Shown here: positions 11,531 to 21,717 of the stretch, piece by piece | Numbering within the stretch: the stretch's first letter is position 1 | Layout of the letters: every line of letters begins with the position of its first letter | NCBI GenBank assembly: GCA_000320545.1 | Contig: ADNK01003347.1 | Location: 1-32,070, forward strand | From: Bigelowiella natans CCMP2755 | Lineage: Eukaryota; Protista; Cercozoa | Length of the DNA: 32,070 nucleotides | Direction of reading: 5' to 3' | Translations under genes and position numbers: made by a program | The notes under the pieces: generated by a model | Told to the model about the DNA's origin: nothing | Seen by the model: the letters and a program-made list of their open reading frames with translations, nothing else | The model's database searches: none

Positions 11531-12050
11531 CGCGAAACACGGTGTGCATGAAACAAGTGTCCCTTTTGGAATGCGCACATGTCGTGGGCTTGCAATCTAC
11601 ATGCACAATGCCAAAATGAAAAGCTACATCTTTTACAAGGTGTTCAAAATGAAGCGCTTCATCAAGTTTGCATTGTGTTTGCGCATCGCTGCCAGTCACT
11701 GCATGCACAGCAAAAGACACAGAAATGACAACTTGTGACATGGAGAAGGCACATTTGGGGCTTGTGAGGTGAAGAAGGACTATTGCTCGGGGGCCCAAAA
11801 AAGGGCTTGTACTTATAATAGACATAGTAATAGCATGTATAATGTATATATGATCTTAGAGATACGCATATACCGGGCGCGCCTGCGCAACAAGAGCGCG
11901 CATGCCCAATTCGCTGGCATAGCTCATCGATCTGCTGTGACACGCTCTCGCACACGCACATCATCATTTGAGCGATGTACGATATGGACTTGCATGGCAT
12001 GTACGACGCTGAATTGTGCTGAATGTGATACTTTCGCAAATACAACGTAT

Positions 12051-13438
12051 TTAATCCATGAGCAAGCCAGCTTCCTCTAAACTCTTTGTGATGATGATAT
12101 CCTGGCAGGTGTTGAAGACTACCGTCACATTTCCTGTGTCGGTGGCGTTTGTGATGTGGGTGTAGATCTGCTTGCGATTATTTTTGTTTTTATCGGTAAA
12201 CTTCTGCCGTATAAAGGCAGAAGCACTATCAAAGTCGTTGTCCCCGTCATAATCATCGAAACAGACGCTTAAATGCACGTGGGGTAGCTTCTCCAAGAAG
12301 AGGTCACTCTTGTTAAGGAACAAGATCATGTTTGTCCTGGTAAACCATTTTAAGTTGCAAATTTCCTGGAACAATCGCAGGGATTCATGCATCCTGTTCA
12401 CGCTTTTGTCTTCGTACAATATCTGGTCATACCCACTGATGCATGCATAGAGCAGAGGCCAAGCAAAACAGCAATTTCGTAAAGTTAGCACTCAGTACGA
12501 TTTGTTGACCAACGCATAGCAAACTAGTATGAAGTCTCCCTTCGGGCTCACTTCACTCCCGCCCGCCCCCTTTCTCTTTTATAAAATGGAGCTGACTAGT
12601 TCAAGTTTGCCTTACCTCAACGATATGACGAATATCACCGCAGTTACATTCTGGAAGAGATGTATCCATTTCTCTCGCTCTAAAACCAATAAATAATATC
12701 CGTTATGACAGATACAGGTCACTCCCCCATCAGGGAGAGCCCCACCCTTTGCCACCCCAATCTCCGCATGAATTTGAAACAACATTTGGAAATTATCGTA
12801 GCTAAATGTATTGGAAGATAGCGCGCCCACCGTTTCGTTGACCCCCGACGTCGAAGAGCCTAAATTGATACTTCTTGTGCACGTACGTATGCTCTAATAT
12901 CCCGGTGGTTCTCACACGAGACCTGAAAACGTCCTGCAGACTTGGGATGTAGTCGGGCTTCCAAGTCTGATCTAGCCTCCCGAAGAAGTACTCCGCCGAA
13001 TCCGCCAGGGAAAAGCGGCCGCGGAACTTGAGCGTGTGCCTTATATTCTTATCTGCCCAAATTATCTTCATTTTTCTGCAGATGTCCTCGGTCAGTACGT
13101 CGTCAAGGGGCCGCAGCTTGAGGATGTCCTCTTTGCACTGGATGGCCTTCTTGTCCGTCATTTTACATTTCGCAAGCTCGTTAATTTTATCTGCACCTTG
13201 ATTTCCTGTATTTTCTCCATAGAAATCGGATGCACGGCACAAGTCTTGCATGGCTAATATAGTGTTGGAATGGATAATCGCTTTGTACAACTTCCGCTCC
13301 TCTGGAGGGAAGCCCTTGCCGTGCATGGAAACCATCTGCTTGTAAAGGGTGCTCTTTCCGCTCTCCCCAGCTCCGAGAAGTAGTAGTGTGTGTACATTAG
13401 ACTTCTTTTTACTTTCCCTGTGAGAATATTTTCATTAG

Positions 13439-13479
<41 letters not shown>

Positions 13480-13638
13480 CACCGCACAATACATTATTTG
13501 AAGGGGAAAAGTGAAACCGTTCATGGTTGATGGCTGGTCAAGGATGTAAACAAACCCCTTCAACTGTTCGTCGAGAATTTTGTCCTGCTGTTTCTGCTCT
13601 CGGCTGGCTTGGACTTCATTTGAAGAGCACACTCCCAT
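12051..13638 (-). CDS. Heterotrimeric G-protein alpha subunit, 372 aa
   Basis: Exons 13638-13556, 13417-12831, 12679-12616 and 12435-12051. MGVCSS (myristoylation/palmitoylation-type N-terminus), LLLLGAGESGKST, RSRVRTTGI, FDVGGQRNEREKWIH, ILFLNKSD, HITNATDT. Confidence 0.97.
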
Positions 13639-14128
13639 GGAGGTGTGTGCTGCTAAGTCTAGCCTAGACTCCCTCCGACCTTTTCATTGAAAAGTGGAAA
13701 TTATTCGCCCCCAATCAAAGAACGTGTGAAAACTAGGATGGAATATGAATCCAGACACTGATTCCCCCACCAACCCCCTGACCCCAGCCACCAACCTCTG
13801 CCAGCTGTAAGCAGTGGAACCTATATTCCAAACACGGTGCCTGAGTATCTGAGATTTTCCCAAGACAGTCATTAGGAAACGCCCTACATTAAGGGGATTT
13901 TGCAATCAGTTTACGGGAAAATTCACCCTACGTACTACGATTGGAAAACCTCAATTAGTAGAGAAAACACAGTCCAGCGCTAAGTCGTCCTTCAGAAACG
14001 GGGGAGGCAAAAAGCGTAAAAAGCTGCTGCATTTACGTTACGAATCGAAGGGAAAAAAAACGATATTTTATTTTCTACAGGATCTCCAAAATAAAACCTC
14101 GGCATATTTGAAAATTCGAAAATAAGCG

Positions 14129-14785
14129 ATGATGGCCAAGGTGGGTCCGCCCCCCCCGCAGACGTTTGTTACGTGGAGAAATGGCGCTGCGACCGATTGG
14201 TGTGAGAGATGACATATATACGATAACCCCCCCTTCAGAATTCTCGGATCGTGGGATTTGCTATCGCATGCTTGGCTTCCTTTTGCGCCGCTGAAGAGCA
14301 ACAATCGCTCGAGCCTTCGGCCGTTGTTGACCAATGCTCATCCGCCTGCGCCACGCTCTCCCAGCTCAAAGAACAGCAGGGGTAGTGCCCCCGGATCTGT
14401 TGGAATGATATGATTTTACGTTCCACTTTTTTATGCGCGCCCTGACTGTCCCGCAACACGCAGGTACGTGAATAAATTCTTCGCGAAGGCCAAATCGTGG
14501 GGCGCTAAGGAGTTTGGAGAAGACCTAGCGAAAGTGCACTTCATTGGTAAGTATAATGAAATGTGTAATTATAAATAGAAGTACAAATATGAATTTACGA
14601 ACATAAATATGCAAAGCATACTGTTATTATTTTGGGAAATATCAATACGCGTAAAGTATCTACATCAGCTTACATGTGGGTTGCGTTTGTGGTTGTTTGT
14701 GCGTACGTATGTGAGTGCTTACAACATGTTGCGTGAGTGTTTGATAATTTTTTGACTTTATATATGTGTATATATATACATATAC

Positions 14786-14824
<39 letters not shown>

Positions 14825-14858
14825 TATATAAATGTATTATTTCTTTTGGAGTGTGTAT

Positions 14859-14904
<46 letters not shown>

Positions 14905-15191
14905 TGCCTGAGGTCGTAACAGTTGCTACCCCCCCCTGCCATGAGTTCTCTCATGAAATTGTTTTTTTGTTTTGAAAAATGTATTATGGTTTATTAGGCT
15001 TTGACAAGCTAAAGAGCCGCTTCTCAGAACAGCTTTCACGCGTTGGGGAGACATTCCCCGCACTTGTGAAGAAAAATATAAACAGCACCACAAGATTCCG
15101 ATCAAGCACGGCTAACTCGGATACACGTAATAATTTTCCCATGCCGCTTCAATTCGCTACTTTCTATTGCAAAATATACGCATAAGATGTT

Positions 15192-15230
<39 letters not shown>

Positions 15231-15539
15231 TGCCATTTTGATTTAATGGGTTAAATTAAAAAATGCATTGATACCTTTCTCCAGTTTTTACAAACTCACA
15301 CGCGATTCCTCTCTTTGCAGCGCCAGGGCCTACATCCGGCCCATACGACGACTTAGATGACTACGACTTCCCAGAAAATGTTGGAGGAGATTACCCTGAT
15401 GCATACACGGAAGAAGGGGGGGATGTTTTTGGAAATTACGTAGTCCAATCATGGTGAGAAACAACACTGAAAGCCACCAGTTCCCGAGATTTTGCATTAT
15501 ATTAATTAATATAAATGTAGATATGAGTAGGAAATATAT

Positions 15540-15577
<38 letters not shown>

Positions 15578-15960
15578 GTGTGTGTGTTTGATCCCTGGCA
15601 ATTTTTGCATAGGTATGCGGATGATGAAACTATCCAGCCTTTCATTCGTTTCAAGCAGCAGAGCCAGAAGGTCGCACTCCCAGTGGTTTGTACGCGCTAC
15701 TGGCCGTACTTCAAGAGAGTGAACCAAGAGATCGAGCACAAAATGGTACGTAACTATCAGCTCTGAAATCCTTAAATATCTCTTTTCCTCCCCCCTGTCC
15801 GTGTGTAATCTGCGTCCTCTATTTCCCGCACAAAGCGTGTCGTGTCAGCACTTATCTAATCTCTCATAAAATCGGTCTATTCTGATGGAGGACTAAAAGC
15901 AAGCAAATTTTTCAGGAGGCAAATAGTGGGAAACTCACTGGCTGCAACAAGTGTGAATGA
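14129..15960 (+). CDS. Hypothetical protein with N-terminal signal peptide, ~225 aa, 7 exons (not visible as one ORF in the track)
   Basis: Exons 14129-14140, 14239-14381, 14464-14546, 14998-15126, 15321-15453, 15613-15745 and 15916-15960 are phase-consistent (678 nt). Starts MMAKNSRIVGFAIACLASFCAA|EEQQ. Acidic Tyr/Asp-rich middle. Could alternatively end at 15766 if the last intron is retained. Confidence 0.7.
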
Positions 15961-16649
15961 GATGCGCCTCATTTTATGCTGTCAACAATAAATGAACGGC
16001 CAAAATTACAATGACGCCAGAACATTCCTTATATGTTCAATGTCTACCCATTTTAAGTTTGATGTTTGCACGCACAAGTGTAAAAATTTCATGTAGCATT
16101 GTTATGACATTAATATTCTCTGAGAGCGCGCATGTGCACCAGCCTGCAATCTGTGAAGACCAGTAAATAATTATTCATCAAGGCTGCTTAGTCTAGCAGG
16201 CTAGCAGGGCCAACACGCGCAAATGGACGCCACAATGCGGCCTTGAAGCGAAACCGAAGGCGCGACGACATACTGAACATGCAGCCGCCGCCTAGCCGCC
16301 GCACAGTCCAAGAATATACGCATCCAATGCCACCATGGCCATGCTAGCATGTGCGAGATAGCGCAGCACGCAGCTTTACAGCGCCGTGCGTCTACTGAGC
16401 TAAGCGAAGCTGGCACACGCCACGGCGCATGCTTACGATACGCATGGTATTTACCACCGCGCCGAGGCTACATTAGGCGAGCTGGACTGCATCGCAAACT
16501 TTTCGCACATAAACACTCTCCATCTGACACCGCACACTGCGCATAGGAGAATAATTTTATTTTGTGCATCCATACAATGCGTCGTCTAGCATGGCATCTA
16601 ATCTCATTTTCGTTTTGTTCATTTAGCGTTTCATATCCATCACTACCGC

Positions 16650-19226
16650 TCACCATCCGTCTGCATTGCCGCTGTGTCGGAGAGCCCCCGACAGAGCCGT
16701 CGCGCCTCCACCAACGCCCTCTTGTTTGGCAACGCAATCGTCGCAAACACGCTCTAGCTTCCCCTTGGACCATGGCGTTTTCTGTCGATTTTTAGAACAC
16801 AGCCCGCAGACGACTTTCCCGCAGAGTCGGCAATGATGTCGTCTGCTGCGGAAAGGGAAAAATCCCTCAAATGAGATCGGGCTTCCATACCGCCTCTTGC
16901 ACTCTGACCCCACCATGCAGTGTATCACTTCGTGGTCTGGCACCCACCTCGGTTTGGCCATCGCTTGTGGGGGGGGAGTCCACACCTTCCCGTCTGCATT
17001 GTTCGGTACAAGCCGTTCGATTGGATATGCGGGTACAGTTTGCGGGCCAACTACGACGCCCACTCCCTCGCTGAGTTTTTTTGCAGCTTCATGATCGAGT
17101 TCTCCGGGAAGATGGAGCTTTAAGAGCTTGCATAGTCTCCCACACTCATGACCAGCGAAGAAAGCCGCCATTCCAGCTCCTCCCAGATTGCCTCTCCCGT
17201 ACTGCGTGCGATCAGGGTGCATGACTTGAAGGTCTGTGAGAACTACCTCTTCGCTTGTCATGACCCCTTGGAGATCAAGCACCATGTGCTCCCCTGCGCT
17301 TTTGCACCACGTCCAATGTGAGAAGGTGTTCATGGCTTCCGCATCCTCGTTCCGATCGCACATCCCGCCGTTGTTGTTGAACTTGCGGAATTTCGCTTCC
17401 TTGGGCAGGAAGCTCTCAGCCATGACCCACTTGGCATTCACATCTTGCCGGTCTGCCAAGTGCAGCACCACAGGCTCGAGCACCCGGACTGGACGCAGCT
17501 CCGCATCTTGAAAGGCTACATTCTGGTTCCATTCGTCTGCCAGCGCGCGCGCCCGATGATGGCAGTTCAAATCGCCGAACATGGCTTCCCTGCTGTTGTA
17601 CCCCACACCATTGGAGAGCCCTTCCTTGCATACCAAGAATTTTTCGCTCAGGCAACTAGGCACCGCACAACCCTTTTGGTTGGCCGAATACTGAACGCCA
17701 TGATTCTGGATCCGATACGCTGCCCGCATCGCACCCACCGCAAATGGCTCCTTTGGAAATGTGACACGCATCACTCCGATCGACCTCCCCTCGGAACTCG
17801 TAGTGAACACCTCCGCGCGCTCAGCTTTGCTTTCATTGCTGCTGCTGATTACGATCTGCTCGTAACGAGGCGCGCTAGGCGCAAAGATGTCCTCAACCGC
17901 AGCATTAGCTTCACCTTCCTCGATCTTTTTCATGATGCTGGTAAACTTCTTTTTCCGCCGTCGGAACGCCACCCTCCCAACCCCCTGGCTCCCGAGCCTC
18001 CGTACCGAATCCGCCGATATGCTGCGCGTAATGGAATCGATGCACAACTTCGCAAAGAGGGTGGTGTCGTCGCCGATTTGATGCTGGTGAAAGACCCAGT
18101 CCTTGTCGTTGTATGCTTTTTGAAGGAGCCCAACCATTTTGTCCGTCTCATGTGAGATGCGAAAGAAGTGGAGATTCACTTGTTTTTTCTTAAGGCTATT
18201 GACTAATTGGCGTGGATCGCGGCCCCGTGGGTCACCTTCTGGATGATTTTCATCCTCACCATAGTTGTGGTACATAGTCCCGTGGCAAGGTTGGTCGGCG
18301 ATTATTATGGCGACACGTGTCACCTCCACGCCTTTTCGTCTGGATTGCCAGCCAATGTTACACGCGTCGTGAAGTGCACCGGTCAGGTCTTCGGGATCGT
18401 CGAGTGAATACTTCTCCACCTCGCCGTTTTCCTTCTTCTTCTCCCTCATGTTCGCCTCGGCTCTAAGAGAGTTGAGGAACACATGGAGAACTTTCTGGTC
18501 GTCGGTGAAGCGTAGTATCTCCCTCGGTTTCTGATCCTCAATATCTCGGTAGCCAATCACCGCGATGCGGAGGTTAGCACGAGTAAATTTTTTCCTAAGT
18601 CCGGATATTACACTTGAAACCTGCGTTTTCGCAGCCTGAATGTGCGGCTTCATAGATTGCGTGCAGTCTATAACGAAGACAACATCGAGAGGGATAGATC
18701 CAACCCCCCTATCTTTTGCCCGCTGAACTTCGTTATTCAGTTTTCGGTCTCGCTCCATTAGTCGTTTCTGACTCTTCTGCTTAAATACATGTTTAGAATC
18801 CAACCGACTTGGGGTTGCAAGCAAACTCGTCGCAGCCCTGTTGTCTCTATCACTCGCAGCAGCAGATATGTGCCGAGCCTTGGGTTCTGTGGCATTGTTG
18901 GAAGCACGAGCTCTGGTCAATTGACTCTGCAGAGTTCTCACGCGTTTTTCGCTCACGGCTAGCTTCTCTTGCAGCTTTTCTTGCAGCTTTTTATGCTCGT
19001 TATACATATCTCGCCATTCCCTGATCACTGCCTTCAGAGCGTGGTTAGGGATGAGTGATGAGGAGGAGACAGTCTGGTTCGTGTTTGGATCTGTTAGTCT
19101 CTGCTTGTACCACAGTTCTATTTCCTTTTTCTCATATGTTTGCCCCACCACGTTTATGTGAGGATCAACCATGAGAGTTGATGATATCGGACAGCAGAAA
19201 CTCGGTAGAGCACCATCTTCATCCAT
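16650..19226 (-). CDS. Intronless U-box + coiled-coil + VWA + alpha-kinase + FYVE protein, 858 aa
   Basis: U-box: FCCPISSTLMVDP...GQTYEK..I..W...DPNT...LIPNHALK. VWA: DVVFVIDCTQSM, AVIGYRD, DDPEDLTGAL, IIIADQPCHG. Alpha-kinase: PFAVGAMRAAY, VCKE, KFNNNGG, FSHWTW..S..HMVLDLQGV, LTD, GNLG..GM..FF..HEC..LC. FYVE: WVPD, RRHHCRLCGKVVCGLCS, RVCDDC. Confidence 0.93.
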   Translation of the reverse strand: MDEDGALPSFCCPISSTLMVDPHINVVGQTYEKKEIELWYKQRLTDPNTNQTVSSSSLIPNHALKAVIREWRDMYNEHKKLQEKLQEKLAVSEKRVRTLQSQLTRARASNNATEPKARHISAAASDRDNRAATSLLATPSRLDSKHVFKQKSQKRLMERDRKLNNEVQRAKDRGVGSIPLDVVFVIDCTQSMKPHIQAAKTQVSSVISGLRKKFTRANLRIAVIGYRDIEDQKPREILRFTDDQKVLHVFLNSLRAEANMREKKKENGEVEKYSLDDPEDLTGALHDACNIGWQSRRKGVEVTRVAIIIADQPCHGTMYHNYGEDENHPEGDPRGRDPRQLVNSLKKKQVNLHFFRISHETDKMVGLLQKAYNDKDWVFHQHQIGDDTTLFAKLCIDSITRSISADSVRRLGSQGVGRVAFRRRKKKFTSIMKKIEEGEANAAVEDIFAPSAPRYEQIVISSSNESKAERAEVFTTSSEGRSIGVMRVTFPKEPFAVGAMRAAYRIQNHGVQYSANQKGCAVPSCLSEKFLVCKEGLSNGVGYNSREAMFGDLNCHHRARALADEWNQNVAFQDAELRPVRVLEPVVLHLADRQDVNAKWVMAESFLPKEAKFRKFNNNGGMCDRNEDAEAMNTFSHWTWCKSAGEHMVLDLQGVMTSEEVVLTDLQVMHPDRTQYGRGNLGGAGMAAFFAGHECGRLCKLLKLHLPGELDHEAAKKLSEGVGVVVGPQTVPAYPIERLVPNNADGKVWTPPPQAMAKPRWVPDHEVIHCMVGSECKRRYGSPISFEGFFPFRSRRHHCRLCGKVVCGLCSKNRQKTPWSKGKLERVCDDCVAKQEGVGGGATALSGALRHSGNADGW

Positions 19227-19440
19227 GCCTTCCTAAATTGATCCACATTTAGTCTCTTCAAAATGGTTGAATAAACGAATGAATGAACCAACAGCACTGA
19301 CGCAGTTACTACATGCGCCTTTGCAAGCAGTCGCGCCTCAACTAAAAACACCTTTGCGGTGGTGGCTTCGTCCAGCGTAGCTAACCTGCACGAATAGCTG
19401 GGAATCCTCAGAAGGACTGCTTGAGCTCAGGGTCGATCGG

Positions 19441-21360
19441 GTGTCATGTCACGACAAACACACGCAATTCTACGTCAAATTCGGCGTCGAATTTGTCCGA
19501 ATTGGGAAAAAGGGAATCCTTCTCACCAAAACACCGCATGATGCCATCCTTCTCACCCGCTTGTGGTTGAAACGGAGGCCAAAGCAGGGAAGCGGCAAGG
19601 CCGGCCAGAAAATTCTTGTCCAGCAACATTTTGGTCGACATTTCGACGAAAAACCACCCTCCGTTTTGTTTTCCACGAAACAACGGCATGGAAAATGAAG
19701 AACAGGATGCAGAGGTCTTCACACTGTCAAAGAGCCCCAACAGCAAAAAACACGGAACAACAGCATTTTCCCTGGCTAGCTAGCCAGCGGGGGGTGGAAG
19801 TGCGAGGTGTTCGCTGTTGTGTTTCTGCAGGCGCCAGGGTTTCAGCTGCTTCACTGCGCCCTGCTGCACGCACCCCGCCTGCTAGAAGCTCCACGTTCAC
19901 TCTGCATCGACCTGTTTCGCTGAAAGTGAGGAATTTTCCTCGTTGCCCACTGCAAAGCTCAACATATCAAACCAGTGCTCAAACCGTGTTCAAGTGTCAC
20001 CAACTGCAACCAAGAGGTGTTTCAACTTTCCAAGCTTGGTCTGCGTCACGTGCTAGCTAGCGTGGCTGCCTGGGGGGTGCAAAGTGACAAAGTGTGACGA
20101 TCATGGGCCAAGTTGGTGCAGTTGAGGAACGACGCACTTCTGTGTTGTCAACTTTTTGCCAAAAAACCAATGCTCCAATGCACACGAAGCTTCGGTGCAA
20201 CGTTTCTAACTGTCATCTGATGGTGTGACTTGTTTCCCATCAAAACTTCGATGGCCAACTCTCAAGAACAAAAGTTTCGATTTTTTGGGTGCTTCAGCCT
20301 AGCAGCGTGCAGCAAACGAACGTGGGTGGGGCTGGCTCGTTTTGGTGACTTTCTCCAGTTCTTGAGAAAATCATTGTTTTTCACTTCGACGTGGGAACTA
20401 GCTGGGCCCGTGCAGACTGCCATGCTGAAGACCTCATCGATCGCCAAAAAAATCAAAATTGCAAAAGTTCACAAAGGTCCTCATCAGGTTTCAAGCGCAG
20501 CCGGCAGCGCTGGAGCGCTTGAGCGACCGACTGCGACACGTCTGGCCACTCCAGCATTGCTGCCATGGCACGAGTGAGCATTCGACAGCCACCGCTAGCT
20601 AGCTGATCAGGCGTTTGTGCCGTTTGCATGAGTCAGGGCAGGAGGTGATCACTCGCCCTTGCCTCCACAACGTTGCGCGTTTGTGCGTGCTCTGCTTGTC
20701 ACTACTTGCTAGCTTGCTGCACGCACGATGACACCTTGCATGTCCATCATCACGCACACACACCCCGTGCTCGGAAAAAGCAAATTGCATCACTTTGGAC
20801 GGGTCAGGGGTCAAAGAAACGCACGCCCATGGCCTTACAGTCTGTGGGCCAAGGCGACGCAGGGGAGACGGACGAGGAACAGGTGAGGGTCTCGCGCAGG
20901 GAGACGGGAGTTGATCTCAATGAACTTGGAACGTGAGTCCTTGTTCATCCTTTCTAGCTTTGTTGGGGAAGTGGCTCTGCATGTTGATGCAGTCGGGCGG
21001 GAGCAAGCAATTGCAAGACACGTGTGTGGCCCAAAGGGATGTGCTTGGTTGCAATTCGCTCTAGCAGTCGGCGGCGACGGCTGATGCGATGCAGCGCGAG
21101 CTGCAGGTAGATCTGCTGGAGGAAGGCTAGAAGGGCACATCAAACACTTTCCTGCTAGTCTGTCCACTGGCGCACACAAACGCACATGAACGCACAGACA
21201 GGCATCCCTCCCACCACACACGGTCACTGCATGGTCATCTGCATGACATCACACACATCGTCTAGTCTAGCTTTGCAGGCTGCGAAAACTAGCTTGCAAA
21301 AAAACGTGATCCCCATTGCTCAATTTGTAGCTAGCTATCGTGATAAGGATGGCTGCACAG
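19441..21360. other. TpA-depleted, CTAG-rich non-coding island, probably degenerate repeat/transposon DNA
   Basis: Hand count of about 23 TA in 19441-21300, about 17 of them in CTAG. No credible protein. Near-palindrome caaattcggcgtcgaatttg at ~19476-19495. Confidence 0.7.
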
Positions 21361-21717
21361 ACTAGTGCACAACATTGAATATTGATTTAACATTTTCATC
21401 GAGAAGCTATCATTGGCCTACAATGTTGCAACCATACTTACATTTCTAGTCTCTTGGTGCATCCGGTTATGGAATCGTCAGGATATTTTCATTAAATACG
21501 TTTACATGCATACCCAAGTACACACACGAAATATTTGACTTTTTCACGACAAGATAGTATAGGACGCAATGAGAACTGCACATCTTCGACGAAATCTGCA
21601 AACGTTCGATCCAAGTAGGCCTTCCCGAGAACATGAAGCATAAGTAATTACAGAACGGATTGACGAAGTGCCACTTCGAAATATAAGATGACCGAAGTTG
21701 ATGACGATCGATCTCTA

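Larger units (their letters stand above)
9705..11852. mobile_element. Putative degenerate mobile/viral-like insertion (TpA-depleted island bounded by ~36-bp direct repeats)
   Basis: Direct repeats at 9705-9740 and 11815-11852, two intronless ORFs, internal 57-bp tandem repeats and near-total TpA loss over 10021-11780. No transposase or Rep motif recognised. Confidence 0.45.

Noticed and set aside
10021-11780. 5mC deamination or classical RIP as the cause of TG/CA excess
   Set aside because: CpG is retained, and RIP would increase rather than remove TpA.
7254-19226. Functional cluster of membrane-targeted signalling genes (CaaX dynein, G-alpha, FYVE kinase)
   Set aside because: Adjacency in a eukaryote with mixed orientations is not evidence of a pathway.
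19441-21227. Many overlapping 60-165 aa ORFs on both strands
   Set aside because: Artefact of TA loss removing TAA/TAG stops. No recognisable domains. The same applies to 3605-4168 and 10411-10741.
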